A stretch of 64,000 nt of DNA, taken from assembly GCF_902459465.1 (NCBI RefSeq), contig NC_047071.1:8928001-8992000 (forward strand), read 5' to 3'. The notes under the pieces were generated by a model that worked only from the letters and a program-made list of their open reading frames with translations, had not been told where the DNA came from and did no database searches. Of the stretch, positions 12,079 through 24,153 are shown one piece after another; positions within the stretch are counted from its first letter, which is position 1; every line of letters begins with the position of its first letter. A program made the position numbers and the translations under genes. The stretch is from Asterias rubens (Eukaryota).

Positions 12079-12364
12079 AGGCAGTGGACACTATTGGTAA
12101 TTATTCAAAATAATTATTGGCATAAAATCTTTCTTGGTGACGAGTAATGGGGAGAGGTTGATGGTTTACAACATTGGGAGAAACAGCTCCCTCTGAAGTG
12201 CCATAGTTATTTTTTGCCAAGGGTTATTTTTCTGTCATTATTATCTCGCAACTTCGATGACCGATTGAGCTCAAATTTTCACAGGTTTGTTATTTTATGC
12301 ATATGTTGAGATATACCAACTGTGAAGGCTAGTCTTTGACAATTACCAATAGTGTCCACTGCCT
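12079..12364 (+). mobile_element. Kolobok-type MITE, internally deleted
   Basis: TTAA|AGGCAGTGGACACTATTGGTAATT...AATTACCAATAGTGTCCACTGCCT|TTAA. Confidence 0.9.
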
Positions 12365-12469
12365 TTAAACGATGACACTCCACTTTTTTTATGTGTGTCC
12401 TGAAATTAGGATCCAAAGGATTTTTATCTAGGACTCTGGAAACCCTAACCATTTTTTGTGGTGACTTAA

Positions 12470-12857
12470 AGGCACAGGACACTATTGGTAGTTACTAAAA
12501 ATAGTTGTTTGCATAAAAACTGACTTGGTAACGAGTAATGGAGAGCTGTTGGTAGTATAAAACATTGTGGGAAATGGTTCCTTCTGAAGTAAGGTAGTTT
12601 TTGAAAGAAAAAAAATCTCTAAAATATTTGAACTTGATTTCAAGACCTCAGATTTAGAACTTGAGGTCTCAAAAGCAAGCATCTGAAAGCACACAAGTTG
12701 TACACCAAGGCAAGGGCATTTTTTCTTCCATTACTCTCTCACAACTTTGATGACCAATTGACAGATTTCACAGGTCCGTTTTTTTTTTTGCGTATATGCC
12801 GAGATACACCAAGTGCCGAGACTGGTCTTTGACAGTTACCAATAGTGTCCAGTGTCT
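12470..12857 (+). mobile_element. Kolobok-type MITE
   Basis: TTAA TSD at 12466-12469 and 12858-12861; AG...CT termini. Confidence 0.9.
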
Positions 12858-13688
12858 TTAACATGACTGATGCAGTGTGAGGTCATTTTGTATCTTAATT
12901 GGCACCATCAACATTATCTTTTACATACCTTTAGTTCTTCAGGTAGAGTGAATTCATCATCGCTCCAGTTTATCTGACCAATGGGGTTAGCTTTCTCCAG
13001 CTGAAGGGCACACCTGTGTAAAGCATGACTGATGTGAGTTATAAATACACATAACAGACATACATGCAGTTTCCTTCTGCTGATAACACAAGTGTCAAAA
13101 GCATTCCTGAAACCACTGTCAAACAACGGAAACATACATGCTGCACACAACTCTAAGCCAATATACATCTTCATTGACCTCAGTGTGAGGGCGCTGTTTT
13201 GGTGGGTCTTGTGACATCATATGCAATGGGTCTACTGTTTGATCCTCAGCAGTGGCAGCCTGTGTGATGAGGGGTAGCTCTAAGTTATCTATATAACATC
13301 CTTGCCAGGTTATTCCAATTTAAAAGTTTTTTTTTTCGCAGCTGTATTTTTGTACAAGAAATATAGTGCAGACACTGAGCACTTATCCTGTTAGCTATGC
13401 ATACCCACTCATATTAGCCTGAATGTGTCAGTATTACGTAGAATCAAGATGTGCCTATTCCTGAAACCAAGTCAATACCTTAGGCGTATGCAAAACCAGC
13501 AGACAAATGAGGGCACAGGTTACCAAGGCCGATACCTTCATCTTCAAATGAGGGAAACTTAAATTTGTACTGGAAGGTTTCAAGGAAAACAATTTTAACT
13601 CCTGAAGTGAACTGGTTAAGAACACCAGTGTCAGTGTTCCACCTCAACTTGATTATCGTCCCAACTATAGATTGGACCAGTCCCAAAT

Positions 13689-13828
13689 GGGACACTTTGG
13701 GACGCTAGGTGGCAGCAGACTTACCAGGTAAATGTCCATTGTTTACGTAGTTCTGAGCCTGCGCACATTACCGAAAACAATGGATTTCACCTGGTAGGTC
13801 TGCTGCCACCTAGAGTCCCAAAAGTCCC
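13689..13828. mobile_element. Palindromic MITE carrying two inverted CTCF-like motifs
   Basis: Arms of about 45 bp, GGGACACTTTGGGACGCTAGGTGGCAGCAGAC.../...GTCTGCTGCCACCTAGAGTCCCAAAAGTCCC. Confidence 0.75.
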
Positions 13829-14079
13829 TTATTAGTTTCATGCCTGTACAGCGCATTTGGATCTTGCCATAGACAGAATGCGCTTTACAAGAATTTGTTT
13901 TTATTTGATTATTAAAGTTGGGGCGACCCTTGTGCTGCAGGAGAGCCAGTACAGAAGCTCTCTCAACTAATAGGGTTGTTTTATAGTTGGGATGATTAAC
14001 AAGTTGGGACGGAAAATCCGAACGTCGGTTTTGGACCCAGACTCAGATGAGCTTGGTCACCAGACCTTGAGTTTGTAGA

Positions 14080-16531
14080 CTAGACCGCTGTAATGAAAAA
14101 TAACCTTTTGATATCTTGCTCCAGACTGCCGATCTCTTTCCTTGTGGCCTTCAGGTCCTGTACATGAATGGTCAAAACAGAAAGAATGATTTTAACAATT
14201 TCACGCTGGATGGCAATGTATTGTTCTGGCAACATAAGGCATTGTTTTATTGAAAAAACTTCAAAGGAGAATTTTTCACTGGCAGCCAGCTGGCTGATAA
14301 ATACCTTCTACGCTGGCATCTCCCAATTGAGCTTGAGGCCTCATACATATAGGTAGCCTTAATATTGGCAGTCTCCCTGTTTTGTCAATGTCTTTGTTTA
14401 AAGTGCCAGTCAGAAGTCTGTGACTGCTGTACAGCCAGGGATCACACCTAAGTTTGCAATACAGCCTGGGAAGTGGCAGCACAGGGATCACCTTATCACC
14501 TTAGGGGATGCAACTTTTTATTTTTAAATATCAAGTAATAAACCACCAGGGCAGCTGAATAGGTTATTTCTAAATAATTTTGTATTAAACAAAGAAACTT
14601 GAACTAAAAATAATAACAGTTTTTAAAAAGGTTGAGATTTGCAAAAAGGCGACACTTTCTTGGTCTGCGAGAATATCTGAACAACCTAAATATTTACCGC
14701 TTCGACTTCTGCCTCTTTGCTCTCCAAAAAACTGACGGCTTGCTCCAAGGATTGATTCTCTGTACCACTATGGTTTGGCAAACTCGCATTACCCTGGGGA
14801 AGAGATAAAACAAAAACAAATAACAAAAACAAATTTGATCGTTACCTGAGAAATTCTGCTACCTTATGAAGGGATTGTACATTCGATAATTAAAACCCAC
14901 TGGTGTTGCAACCCTATAGCAAAACAAAACTGTGAAAATTTGATTGAAAAGGTGGTAGCGTTTTTGAGATTAATTTCCGAAAATCCGGAGTGGGTGTCCA
15001 CACAGGAAGAATAATCTGCAATTAGAAAAGTGACAATCTTTGGAGATAAATTTTACTGCCCACAATTTACTGGTCCTCATTAAGCCAGCAGACTACAAAG
15101 GAACGCTGGAAGGGGTCTGGTAACTTACTATGTGTAGATTAAGATCTCGTTTATATCTTCTTTGTATATCTTTGGCAACCTTTTCTCGTAACACTCTCCT
15201 TTGCCTCTGGAAGGCTCTGTACAAAAGACGGGCATCAGGGTGATCCCTATCAAAAGTAAATGGGAACATAACTTTAAAAAGTACAATATTCCACCTCTGT
15301 TTCGTTAAGCAACTCAAATCTCCTAATGACAACAACGTAGCGTACAGTGGTGTATTTAAGCCACCTTCATGAAGGCAATTTCAATTGCTCCATACCCCTG
15401 TCTGGCCAACAAAGTGTTCCAGTAATATTTAATATCCCTCAACAAGGAAGGGTGGGGGGGGAGGGGCTTGCCCGAGGGCGCACGCCCACCAACCCCCTAC
15501 CAATTTCCAGTGCGATTGAGTTTTTTGAGGAATGATTATGGAATTTTATGAATGATATCGTCATATCAAAATGTGTCGATATTGTCCAGGATAGGGGACT
15601 AGTAGTGACTAGTGTAAGTAGTAGTAGTACTAATAGGAGTGTAGTGTCTAATAAGACTCTAGAGTCTAAGTCTAATGTATTCTAAGTGATTAATAGTATC
15701 CTAGCGTCATACGTTATCGACCCCCAACTTTGATTCCCGTTTACCGCGAGATTGTGCAAGCTGCACCGGTGACAGTAGCTATGCAATTTATTCACGGTCT
15801 GTTTTTCATCAGGCTTTAATCATGCTGAGAATAAAGTTTCCTGTCGTTGGTTATGCTCAAGTCAAAACATTTATAAAATGATTGATTTTTGGAAAAAATC
15901 ACTAAAATCATCCATACAACCTCGAAAGTTCAAAACAAAATTACTATCTATCTGCTAGATTGAGTTTCATTCTGCTTTAGTCACTGGATGGATCACGTGA
16001 GGTGGTTACTATTTGGGATTCTATGGTGTGCCAAACTGCATACTGTAATAAATTCTGATAAGCATAATAAATATGAACTTGAAGTCTACATTAAAGAGAA
16101 AATATCATAGATTGGTTTCTTATCTCCTGAAACCAAACATTACTGATCTGAAATGGGGGAAAACGGATTGTTATGAAGTGTGGGAAAAGTTTCCGTATGG
16201 CGCCACCACTTTTTCATTCGATATGAAATAATATAGTATCTAATTTACCTCAATGAGATATCCCTTTTTGTAAAAATGAGTGAAAAAGTGGTGGCGCCAT
16301 ACGGAAAGTTATCCAAGGCATTTATGGCGGAATAAATTTCCATGCGTCAACAAACCTAGCTGTGTACACTGCTGGTTAGCAGAGGTCAGAGTGATGACAA
16401 CATAACACCCATTTTAATACATACCTATACTTTGGAGGAAACAACTCTTGAAATTCAGGGAATGAATCAAATGGACCTAGTGTAACGTCGGGGTTTAACA
16501 ACATCTCGGCCAACTTCTTCACCGCCGCCAT
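14080..16531 (-). CDS. Putative Cnl2/Nkp2-family kinetochore protein; 3' end uncertain
   Basis: Four phase-consistent exons: 16531-16425, 15246-15129, 14793-14698 and 14157-14105 (or read-through to the TAG at 14082-14080). Donors are GTATGT, GTAAGT, GTAAAT; acceptors are pyrimidine-rich AG. Protein: MAAVKKLAEMLLNPDVTLGPFDSFPEFQELFPPKYRDHPDARLLYRAFQRQRRVLREKVAKDIQRRYKRDLNLHIGNASLPNHSGTENQSLEQAVSFLESKEAEVEADLKATRKEIGSLEQDIK. Confidence is higher for the gene model than for the family call. Confidence 0.75.
16183..16314. mobile_element. 132-bp MITE (copy 2), in intron 1 of the Nkp2-like gene
   Basis: TIR TTTCCGTATGGCGCCACCACTTTTTCA; same family as 3179-3310. Confidence 0.85.
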
Positions 16532-16594
16532 TTTTCATATTTTGAAATAGCGCCCTCTTTAGTTTAAATTTACAAAACACAACCTTCAGGAAAA
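16532..16594. promoter_or_regulatory. Very compact bidirectional promoter/5' region between the Nkp2-like gene and NDUFS4
   Basis: The divergent ATGs are 63 bp apart. Both sit in GAAAAATGGC, a YY1-type AANATGGC motif overlapping the start codon. Confidence 0.65.
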
Positions 16595-19500
16595 ATGGCT
16601 TCCCTCTGTCGTTTAGCCACGAAATCTTCGCATTTCAACATCTTCCAGCGATGCATTTCAACTACAGCCTTGAGGACGTTAGCTGAAGGACAACAGGAGA
16701 CACGGGTTGACATTGTTAAGGACAAAAGTGTAAGTATTGTAGTTGTAATATCGCAGTTGTAAATGTAACTCCCCTTTCTCTAAAAAAATGTTGTGGTCTA
16801 GTTTCCGGACAATGAAAACATTGAATTTTTGACTTTCAATCTGACATGACAATAAGCCGATTGGAAAAGTTTTCGAATGGCGCCACCACTTTTTCATTCG
16901 ATATGAAATAATATAGTATCTAATTTACCTCATTGATATATCCCTTTTTGGAAAAATGAGTGAAAAAGTGGTGGCGCCATACGGAAAGTTATCCAGCCGA
17001 TTCACTATACAACTGCGCGAGTCTGTCACTGCTGACAACGCAATTTGTTTATCTCCCGTGACCTTTTGACAATACCCGGGTTTATTGTCAAAAGGTCACG
17101 GGAGATAAACAAATTGCGTTGTCAGCAGTAACGGACATGCGCAGCTGCAATAGCGAATAGGCTTATTGAGGGGAAACCAGTCAACTCGCCCCTACTCATT
17201 AAGCTTCCCCCTCACCTACCAAGTTGTACCATCTCAAGTCGCCCTGAAATGTTGCCCCTTCCTTACAAAGTCTCTCACTGTATTGACACTAATGACAGAC
17301 ATTAGACTCGCCACCGGCCCGGCATGCTCGGTCAAAAAGTCACCCCCTGCCTGGACTAGCCCCATAAAATTGGTTTAATAAAACTCTAATCCATTCCGTT
17401 ACCGTATGGTGATTATATGAATGGTCGATTTATGGGGCTATCCCTGGACATGCTGGAAAAATTAGGATTGAACTAATTTATAATAATTAATCAGGTTAGT
17501 AAGTTTACTTTTCATATTTAATTTTAAAACAAATCCAAGTTTATTAACTTTTTTTTGTAATTGTTGAATTGATGATTGTTTAAATTTGTATAATTGAAAC
17601 GGGATTTACTTTTATTTGTTTAAATATCCGTTTGTATTGTAAAATGTTTGTTAGTAAAATTGTCATGGATGGTGTTGTACCGCAAACCTTATAAAAAGTT
17701 ATAGAAAGCTTTACTTTATTATCAGGGTGACGTAGACGAGATGGTTTTAACTTTATTACTTTTCTTTATTTAAATTTAATAGTCTTTAAAGGCAGTGGAC
17801 ACTATTTTTAATTGTCAAAGACTAGCCTTCACAGTTGGTGTATCTCAACATATGCATAAAATAACAAACCAGTGAAAATTTGAGCTCAATCGGTCGTCGA
17901 ACTTGAGAGATAATAATGAAAGAAAAAGCACCCTTGTCACACGAAGTTGTGTGCGTTTAGATGGTTGATTTCGAGACCTCAAGTTCTAAATCTGAGGTCT
18001 CGAAATCAAAATCGTGGAAAACTACTTCTTTCTCGAAAACTATGGCACTTCAGAGGGAGCCGTTTCTCACAATGTTTTATACCATCAACCTCTCCCCATT
18101 ACTCGTCACCAAGTAAAGTTTTATAAATGCTAATAATTATTTTGAGTAATTACCAATAGTGTCCACTGCCTTTAAATTGAAATGACTGACATTTTCATAA
18201 ATATTGTACTTAACATTGTACTTTTTAAATATTTGATTGTTAAAAAAGTGTGATACTGTCATAAATTTAAATTTCAAGCCCTACTTTAATCATCTGGTGT
18301 CTCAAATTTCAAACCTAAACAGAAAAACATAAATTATTTTACTCGTCTTGGTGATAGGATGGTCGTTACTTGTTTGTTATTTGTTTTGACAAATTTGGTG
18401 TTTTTTTTACCAACTATTTTACAAAGCTTGCAGATGGATGTTCCCCTAAAGCTCAAGCCAAAACCTTTGTGAAAGACTTTGTAAAGACGACGAAAACGAC
18501 AACAACAAATTATTTTTGTCACTTTTGTGAAAGGGCTAATGACTTTATCCCTCAGACTTTGACACAGAGCGACTTTGTTCATGTTGTTGGGATTGAATCT
18601 GTCAGGGGCAACTATGTAAAGGGCGACAATTAGCGGGGGCAGCATTGTTCAGCATTCATAAAAAAAAATGATTGAAAATGTTAACCACTGTCTTTTCTAC
18701 ATGTACGTGTTATCAATTTAGATGGACATCACCGCAGTGTCTGGCATCCCAGATGAACACATCAAGACGCGCCGTGCCCGCATCTTTGTCCCAGCCAGAA
18801 ATGCCATGCAGTCTGGCACCAACAACACCCATCAATGGAAGCTGGAGTTTGAGACGAGAGAGAGATGGGAAAATCCACTCATGGGATGGGGTTCCACGTC
18901 AGTACAATTTGTTGAACATTTCTTGATCCAATGATAGTACATGTACCTGTTGCCTGCTCATTTTGGGGTATTTTTTTCTGAACTAATGTATGTACTTGTT
19001 AGTAAAGATGATGGACAATGAGCTTTTAATACAGGGCCTTATACATGTACATGGAGTAGATCACATGGTCCATAAGGTCAAATCCAAGGTCAAAGTAGAG
19101 GTCAAAAGGTTATTAAACCTAAACATGTTCCTACAAAAAAGGTTAAAGCAGATTTGGAAAGCTTATGCACTTTCCATTTCAAAGACACCATTTTCAACCA
19201 ATTTGACCTACTTGTAATGGTTACCGATTTATGGTCGTTTGAATATCGGCAGTCAGGCGCATTTTGACAGAAGTCAACAAGAAAGAGCGAGTCGTAGCTC
19301 GAAAAACCATTTATCGGATTGAGCCGAAATTATAAATTTGAGCTTGTTGAGTCAGGATTACCCCATAACCCAAATTTAGTTGACGTTGGTAGGGTTAAAA
19401 ATTGCCAGTTTGTGGGGTGATTTGACACGGAATGACCCGTAACAAAGTGTAAAAAAAAAAAAAACGTAATTGAATTAATTCCTTGTTTTCTCCTTATCCA

Positions 19501-21204
19501 GGGCGGATCCTCTCTCTAATATATCATTGTCATTCTGCTCTAAGGAAGAAGCTTCAACATTTGCTGAGAAGAATGGTAAGGGTTATTGAATTTATTTCAT
19601 TATTGATGCTGCACGAAGCTCTTCATATACGGAATCATGGGTACAAGTACCAACAGCATCTTTGAACGTATTGAGGGCAGCATCCATACAAAAAAACTCG
19701 CAAATTTCAAAATGTCGCCAGCAGGCAATCTTTGGAGATTCAAAATTTGTTGACATACATTGATTGACTTCTCATCAATGGGGGCACTTCAAAAAAAATA
19801 GTTTGAAGGATGCTAACTACCATCACCATCTTCAGGATAAAAAAACAACAACACAGTTTCATTTTGTGGTAATGACCAAAGTTTGACCCTACCTTTAAAG
19901 CCATTATACACTTTCGGTACAGAAAACAAACAAAAAGTTCACAGATTTACAAATAATTTACAGGGTTTACAGAAGGTAATGGTGAAAGACTTCTCTTGAA
20001 ATATTGTTCCATGAAATGCTTTACTTTTTGAGAAAACATTAAAACAATATCAGTTCTCGATAGCGAGAATTACGGATTTATTATAAACACATGTCATGAC
20101 ACAGCGAAACGCGCGAAAACAGGAGTGGGTTTCCCGTTATTTTCTCCCGACTCCGATGACCGATTGAGCCTAAATTTTCACAGGTTTGTTATTTTAGATA
20201 AGTTGTGATACACGAAGTGTGGGACTTAAACAATACTGTTTACCAAAAGTGTATAATGGCTTTAAAGGGAAGGTTTATGTTTGGTAATCACTCCTAAAAT
20301 TAATGGCAATAAACACCCACTGTAAAGAATTTCTTAATTTGTTCTCCATTTTTCATCCTCATATTCGAATTGTTAAAATGAACATCTTTTCCTAATAAAT
20401 CTATTCAAGAATAAAAACCTACTTGGTTAGAGGTAAAACAGCTTTCCATATTAAAAAGTATTTTGAGAACCTTTTCACATGGTGGAAATGTGGATATTTA
20501 AAAAGATTTAAGTTATTAAGCCCTAAAGCTTAAATACACTGGACACTCTTGGTAATTGTCAAAGACTAGCCTTCACTGTTTGTGTATCTCAACATATGCA
20601 TACAATAAAACACCTGAATATTTGTGCTCAATCGGTCGTCGAAGTTGCGAGATAATAATGAAAGAAAAAACACCCTTGTCACACATAGTTGTGTGCTTTC
20701 AGATGCTTGATTTTGAGACCTTAAATTCTAAATCGGAGGTCTGGAAATCAAATCTGGGAAAATTACTTCTTTCTCTAAAACTCCATTACTTCAGAGGGAA
20801 CCGTTTCTAACAATGTTTTATACTATCAACCTTTCTCCATTACTTGTTCCAAAGAAAGGTTTTATGCTAACAATTATTTTGATTAATTACCAATAGTGTC
20901 CACTACCTTTAATGTAATTGAACGGTTCTAAAAAAACAAAAGTATTGTCTGTACCCTGTACTGCTTTAAGAAGACAACTAAGATGTTTACACAAGAGGTA
21001 ATGGAGATATTTACACTGATTTGATCATGGGCTATTTGTAGCAAAGTTCAGTTTCACTTGATGCTAATTCTTTTTCTTTTTTGTTGTTGATAAATTTTAG
21101 GATGGTGGTACGAGATCGAAGAGCCTTCAGTCAAGGCCATGAAACCTAAATCTTATGGAGCTAATTTCTCATGGGACAAGAAGACCAGAGTGTCCACCAA
21201 GTAG
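16595..21204 (+). CDS. NDUFS4: NADH:ubiquinone oxidoreductase iron-sulfur protein 4 (complex I 18 kDa subunit)
   Basis: Exons 16595-16729, 18722-18897, 19502-19575 and 21101-21204 total 489 nt (162 aa), all GT-AG. The N-terminus looks like a mitochondrial targeting peptide. Diagnostic stretches: [62 protein letters not shown]. Confidence 0.97.
16863..16994. mobile_element. 132-bp MITE (copy 3), in intron 1 of NDUFS4
   Basis: Same family and same orientation as 16183-16314. Confidence 0.85.
16995..17163. mobile_element. Near-perfect palindromic MITE abutting copy 3
   Basis: Arms of about 80 bp, including CTGCTGACAACGCAATTTGTTTATCTCCCGTGACCTTTTGACAATA and its exact reverse complement. Confidence 0.75.
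17790..18171 (-). mobile_element. Kolobok-type MITE in NDUFS4 intron 1
   Basis: TTAA TSDs at 17786-17789 and 18172-18175; TIR AGGCAGTGGACACTA. Confidence 0.9.
19899..20261. mobile_element. Kolobok-type MITE, AGCCATTATACAC subfamily
   Basis: TTAA|AGCCATTATACACTTT...AAAAGTGTATAATGGCT|TTAA. The right TTAA is immediately followed by the end of another subfamily, AGGGAAGG. Confidence 0.85.
20534..20908 (-). mobile_element. Kolobok-type MITE in NDUFS4 intron 3
   Basis: TTAA flanks, family TIRs and internal sequence. Confidence 0.88.
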
Positions 21205-21988
21205 ATCCGCAATTATCCTAAATTATTGTTAAAAATTAAGCGTGTTTTGGGTTGTTCTCCTCTGATTCAGTAGGTATAGGTTTCCCAGACGTGTAAATTT
21301 ATAGTTATTTGGTGAAGATCTTTTACAGAGATCTAACCCAATGAGAGAGTTGCTTTATTAGTAAACACATCGGGTGTTAATGTTTCATTTCTGATTTGCA
21401 TGATTTATTACTACACTTGGACTAAAATTGCCACAACTTTATAAATGAAATGGTTGGATCATTCAATTTTGGTTTAATACAGTCGAAACGGAGAAATGTG
21501 ATAAAGGACATAGCAAAAGCTGTTTTCCTTTATGATTAGGTCTTAAACAGCCATGTGATAAAGATCTGGCTTGTTCATTGGTATCATTTATTCAGGCATG
21601 CAACTTTTTGGCTAATTTCTCTCTTGAACAACAGTGATGCTACACAGTTATACATTCTAGGCAGTTTACATGTTTTTGTTGCGATTGCAAAGTTGCATAA
21701 GTAGGTCTGGTTATTAAGTTTCAAACATCTGGCGATTTCTTTCCTCCAAACCATGAATAGTTCTTCACTTTGTAAAGGCTGTGAGTTTTCAGAGGCAAAA
21801 AGTGTAAATAAAGATTAAACTTGTTCAAGTGATATGATTAATCGTTCATAATTTTGTTATGGTGTATTGTCATTAGTGGTACTTAGTATATTCAAAGAGG
21901 GGCTTCAATGTTAAATTCACTGAGTTTTGTGGCACACTTATTATAGATGAGAGTTATTGTGAAAGTGGAAACAAGTTTTAAGTCTTAA

Positions 21989-22583
21989 AGACAGTGGACA
22001 CTATTGGTAATTACTCAAAATATTTATTAGCATAAAACCTTGCTTGGTAACGTGTAATGGGGAGACATGGTATAGACGATGTGACCTCTGACCTCACACG
22101 AAAACCATAACATGATTTGCGCGCATACCGCCGGGGCAAAACCTTTGTGTTTTGGCAGCCAGCTAGAAAGTGTATGCAATCTTACCATGACTACGTGTCT
22201 TTTTGCCCGGCCAAACAAGACATACGTATACAGTGTTTTTTTAAACAGAGTGCGATTTGAATGTAAACATAGGTCACATCGTCTATAGGTTGATGATATA
22301 AAACAATGTGAGAAACGCCTTCTGAAGTGAAGTAGTTTTCGAGAGAGATGTTTTTTTCCATGAAATTGAGTTTGAGACCTCAGATTTAGAATTTGAGGTC
22401 TCAAGTCAAGCATCTAAAAGCACACAAATTCATGTGACAGGGTGTTTTTTCTTTCATAGTTGTCTGGCAACTTCGATGACCAATTGAGCTCAAATTTTCA
22501 CAGGTTTGTTATTTTATGCATATTTTGAGACACGCCAAGTGAGAAGACTGGTCTTTGACAGTTACCAATAGTGTACAGTGTCT
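21989..22583 (+). mobile_element. Kolobok-type MITE containing a nested MITE
   Basis: TTAA flanks. The insert at 22071-22287 has TIR TATAGACGATGTGACCT/AGGTCACATCGTCTATA. Confidence 0.88.
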
Positions 22584-23143
22584 TTAACCTTATTTTTTTG
22601 TAAACTTTGGTGGGAACTGTTAACCCTGGTTCTTTGGCAGTAGGTTGAATGGCTTCTGGCTGGCGCCCTATAACGGAGATTGTTTTCAAAATGCAGAGCA
22701 AACCAACATTTGAGCCAGATAGCTCAGTTGTTAGAACCCAACAACATATTTCAGAGGTCGCAGGCTAACATCCTGTTCTAGTTAAAATTCTTTGTTCACC
22801 CCAAACTTCAAAATAGAAGTCTAAGACCTAAATTTAATATTTTAAAACGCCATTGTGTCTGACACTTCCAGTTGGAAAGTTAGTAACATCAACAAATATC
22901 AAATGATTTCACTTTGCAAATAAATGGATCTGTTTATTCTTGAGGAATTTCTGTAGTTCATTTCTCTGTTTTCCACAGTTTTGAACCAAAATTGAATTTG
23001 ACTTTTTGACTGACAAAAAAAAAAATCCCTGCATGTACATAATGTACAGACCCGTTTTAAAATTAAAATTGTTTACATCGATTGACACCATGGTTCACAC
23101 CTTTCATAAATGAAACTATAAGGCAGACACAGTTGTGCTTTAA

Positions 23144-23503
23144 AGGGAAGGTACACGTTTGGTAATTGTCAAAGACCAGTCTTCTCACTTGGTGTATTCC
23201 ATCATGTGCATAAAATAACAAGCCTGCGGAAATATGGGCTCAATCGGTCATCAAAGTTGCGAGAAAATGGTGAAAGAAAAAACACCCTTGTTGGACAAAT
23301 TTGTGATAGGATTAAAAGACTTCTAGCTAGAAGTCTTTTATTATTTTAGTGAGAAATTACCTCTTTTTAAAAAACTACATTACTTTAGAGGGAGTCGTTT
23401 CCCACAATGTTTTATACTATCCACAGCTCTCCAATGCTTGTTACCAAGTCAGTTTTTTAAGTTAATATTTGTTTTGAGTAATTACCAAACGTGTACCTTC
23501 CCT
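23144..23503 (-). mobile_element. Kolobok-type MITE, AGGGAAGGTACACG subfamily
   Basis: TTAA|AGGGAAGGTACACGTTTGGTAATT...AATTACCAAACGTGTACCTTCCCT|TTAA; perfect 24-bp TIR. Confidence 0.92.
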
Positions 23504-23778
23504 TTAATTCATTTGAGAGCACATCATCAACAACAAGGGTTCGTTCCACAAACAAAAACAAATCTTTCTTTTTTGCACCAGCAAATGTTATTGAATCAAG
23601 TCACAACAAACAAACAAATGTTTTCAAGCATGTTTCTAGAACACTAAAATCGGACAAAATCTCAAATAATATTTGAGAACAACTTCACCAGTAGTACATT
23701 CAGGACATTTGTCCCTGTATAGGACGGACTGTAAAGAGAGAATAAAAATCATATTGGTATAAATAAAATATTGTTTAA

Positions 23779-24153
23779 AGGCAGTGGACACTATTGGTAA
23801 TTGTCAAAGACTAGCCTTTACGGTTGGTGCATCTCAACATATCCATAAAATAATAAACCTGTGAAAATTTGAGCTCAATCGGTCATCAAACTTTCGAGAT
23901 AATAATGAAAGAAAAAACATCCTTGTCAAACGAAGTTGTGTGCGCTTAGATGGTTGATTTTGAGACCTCAATTTCTAAACCCGAGGTCTCGAAATCAAAT
24001 TCGTGAAAATTACTTCTTTCTTGAAAACTAAGGCACTTCAGAGAGAGCCGTTTCTCACAATGTTTTATACCATCAACCTCTCCCAATTACTCGTCACCAA
24101 GAAAGGTTTTATGCTAATAAATATTTTGAGTTTACCAATAGTGTCCACTGCCT
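23779..24153 (-). mobile_element. Kolobok-type MITE
   Basis: TTAA TSDs and AGGCAGTGGACACTATTGGTAA TIRs. Confidence 0.92.

Noticed and set aside
14290-14500. Minus-strand ORF VIPVLPLPRLYC... as an extra exon of the Nkp2-like gene
   Set aside because: It would end in phase 1 while the next exon needs phase 0, and it would interrupt the coiled coil.
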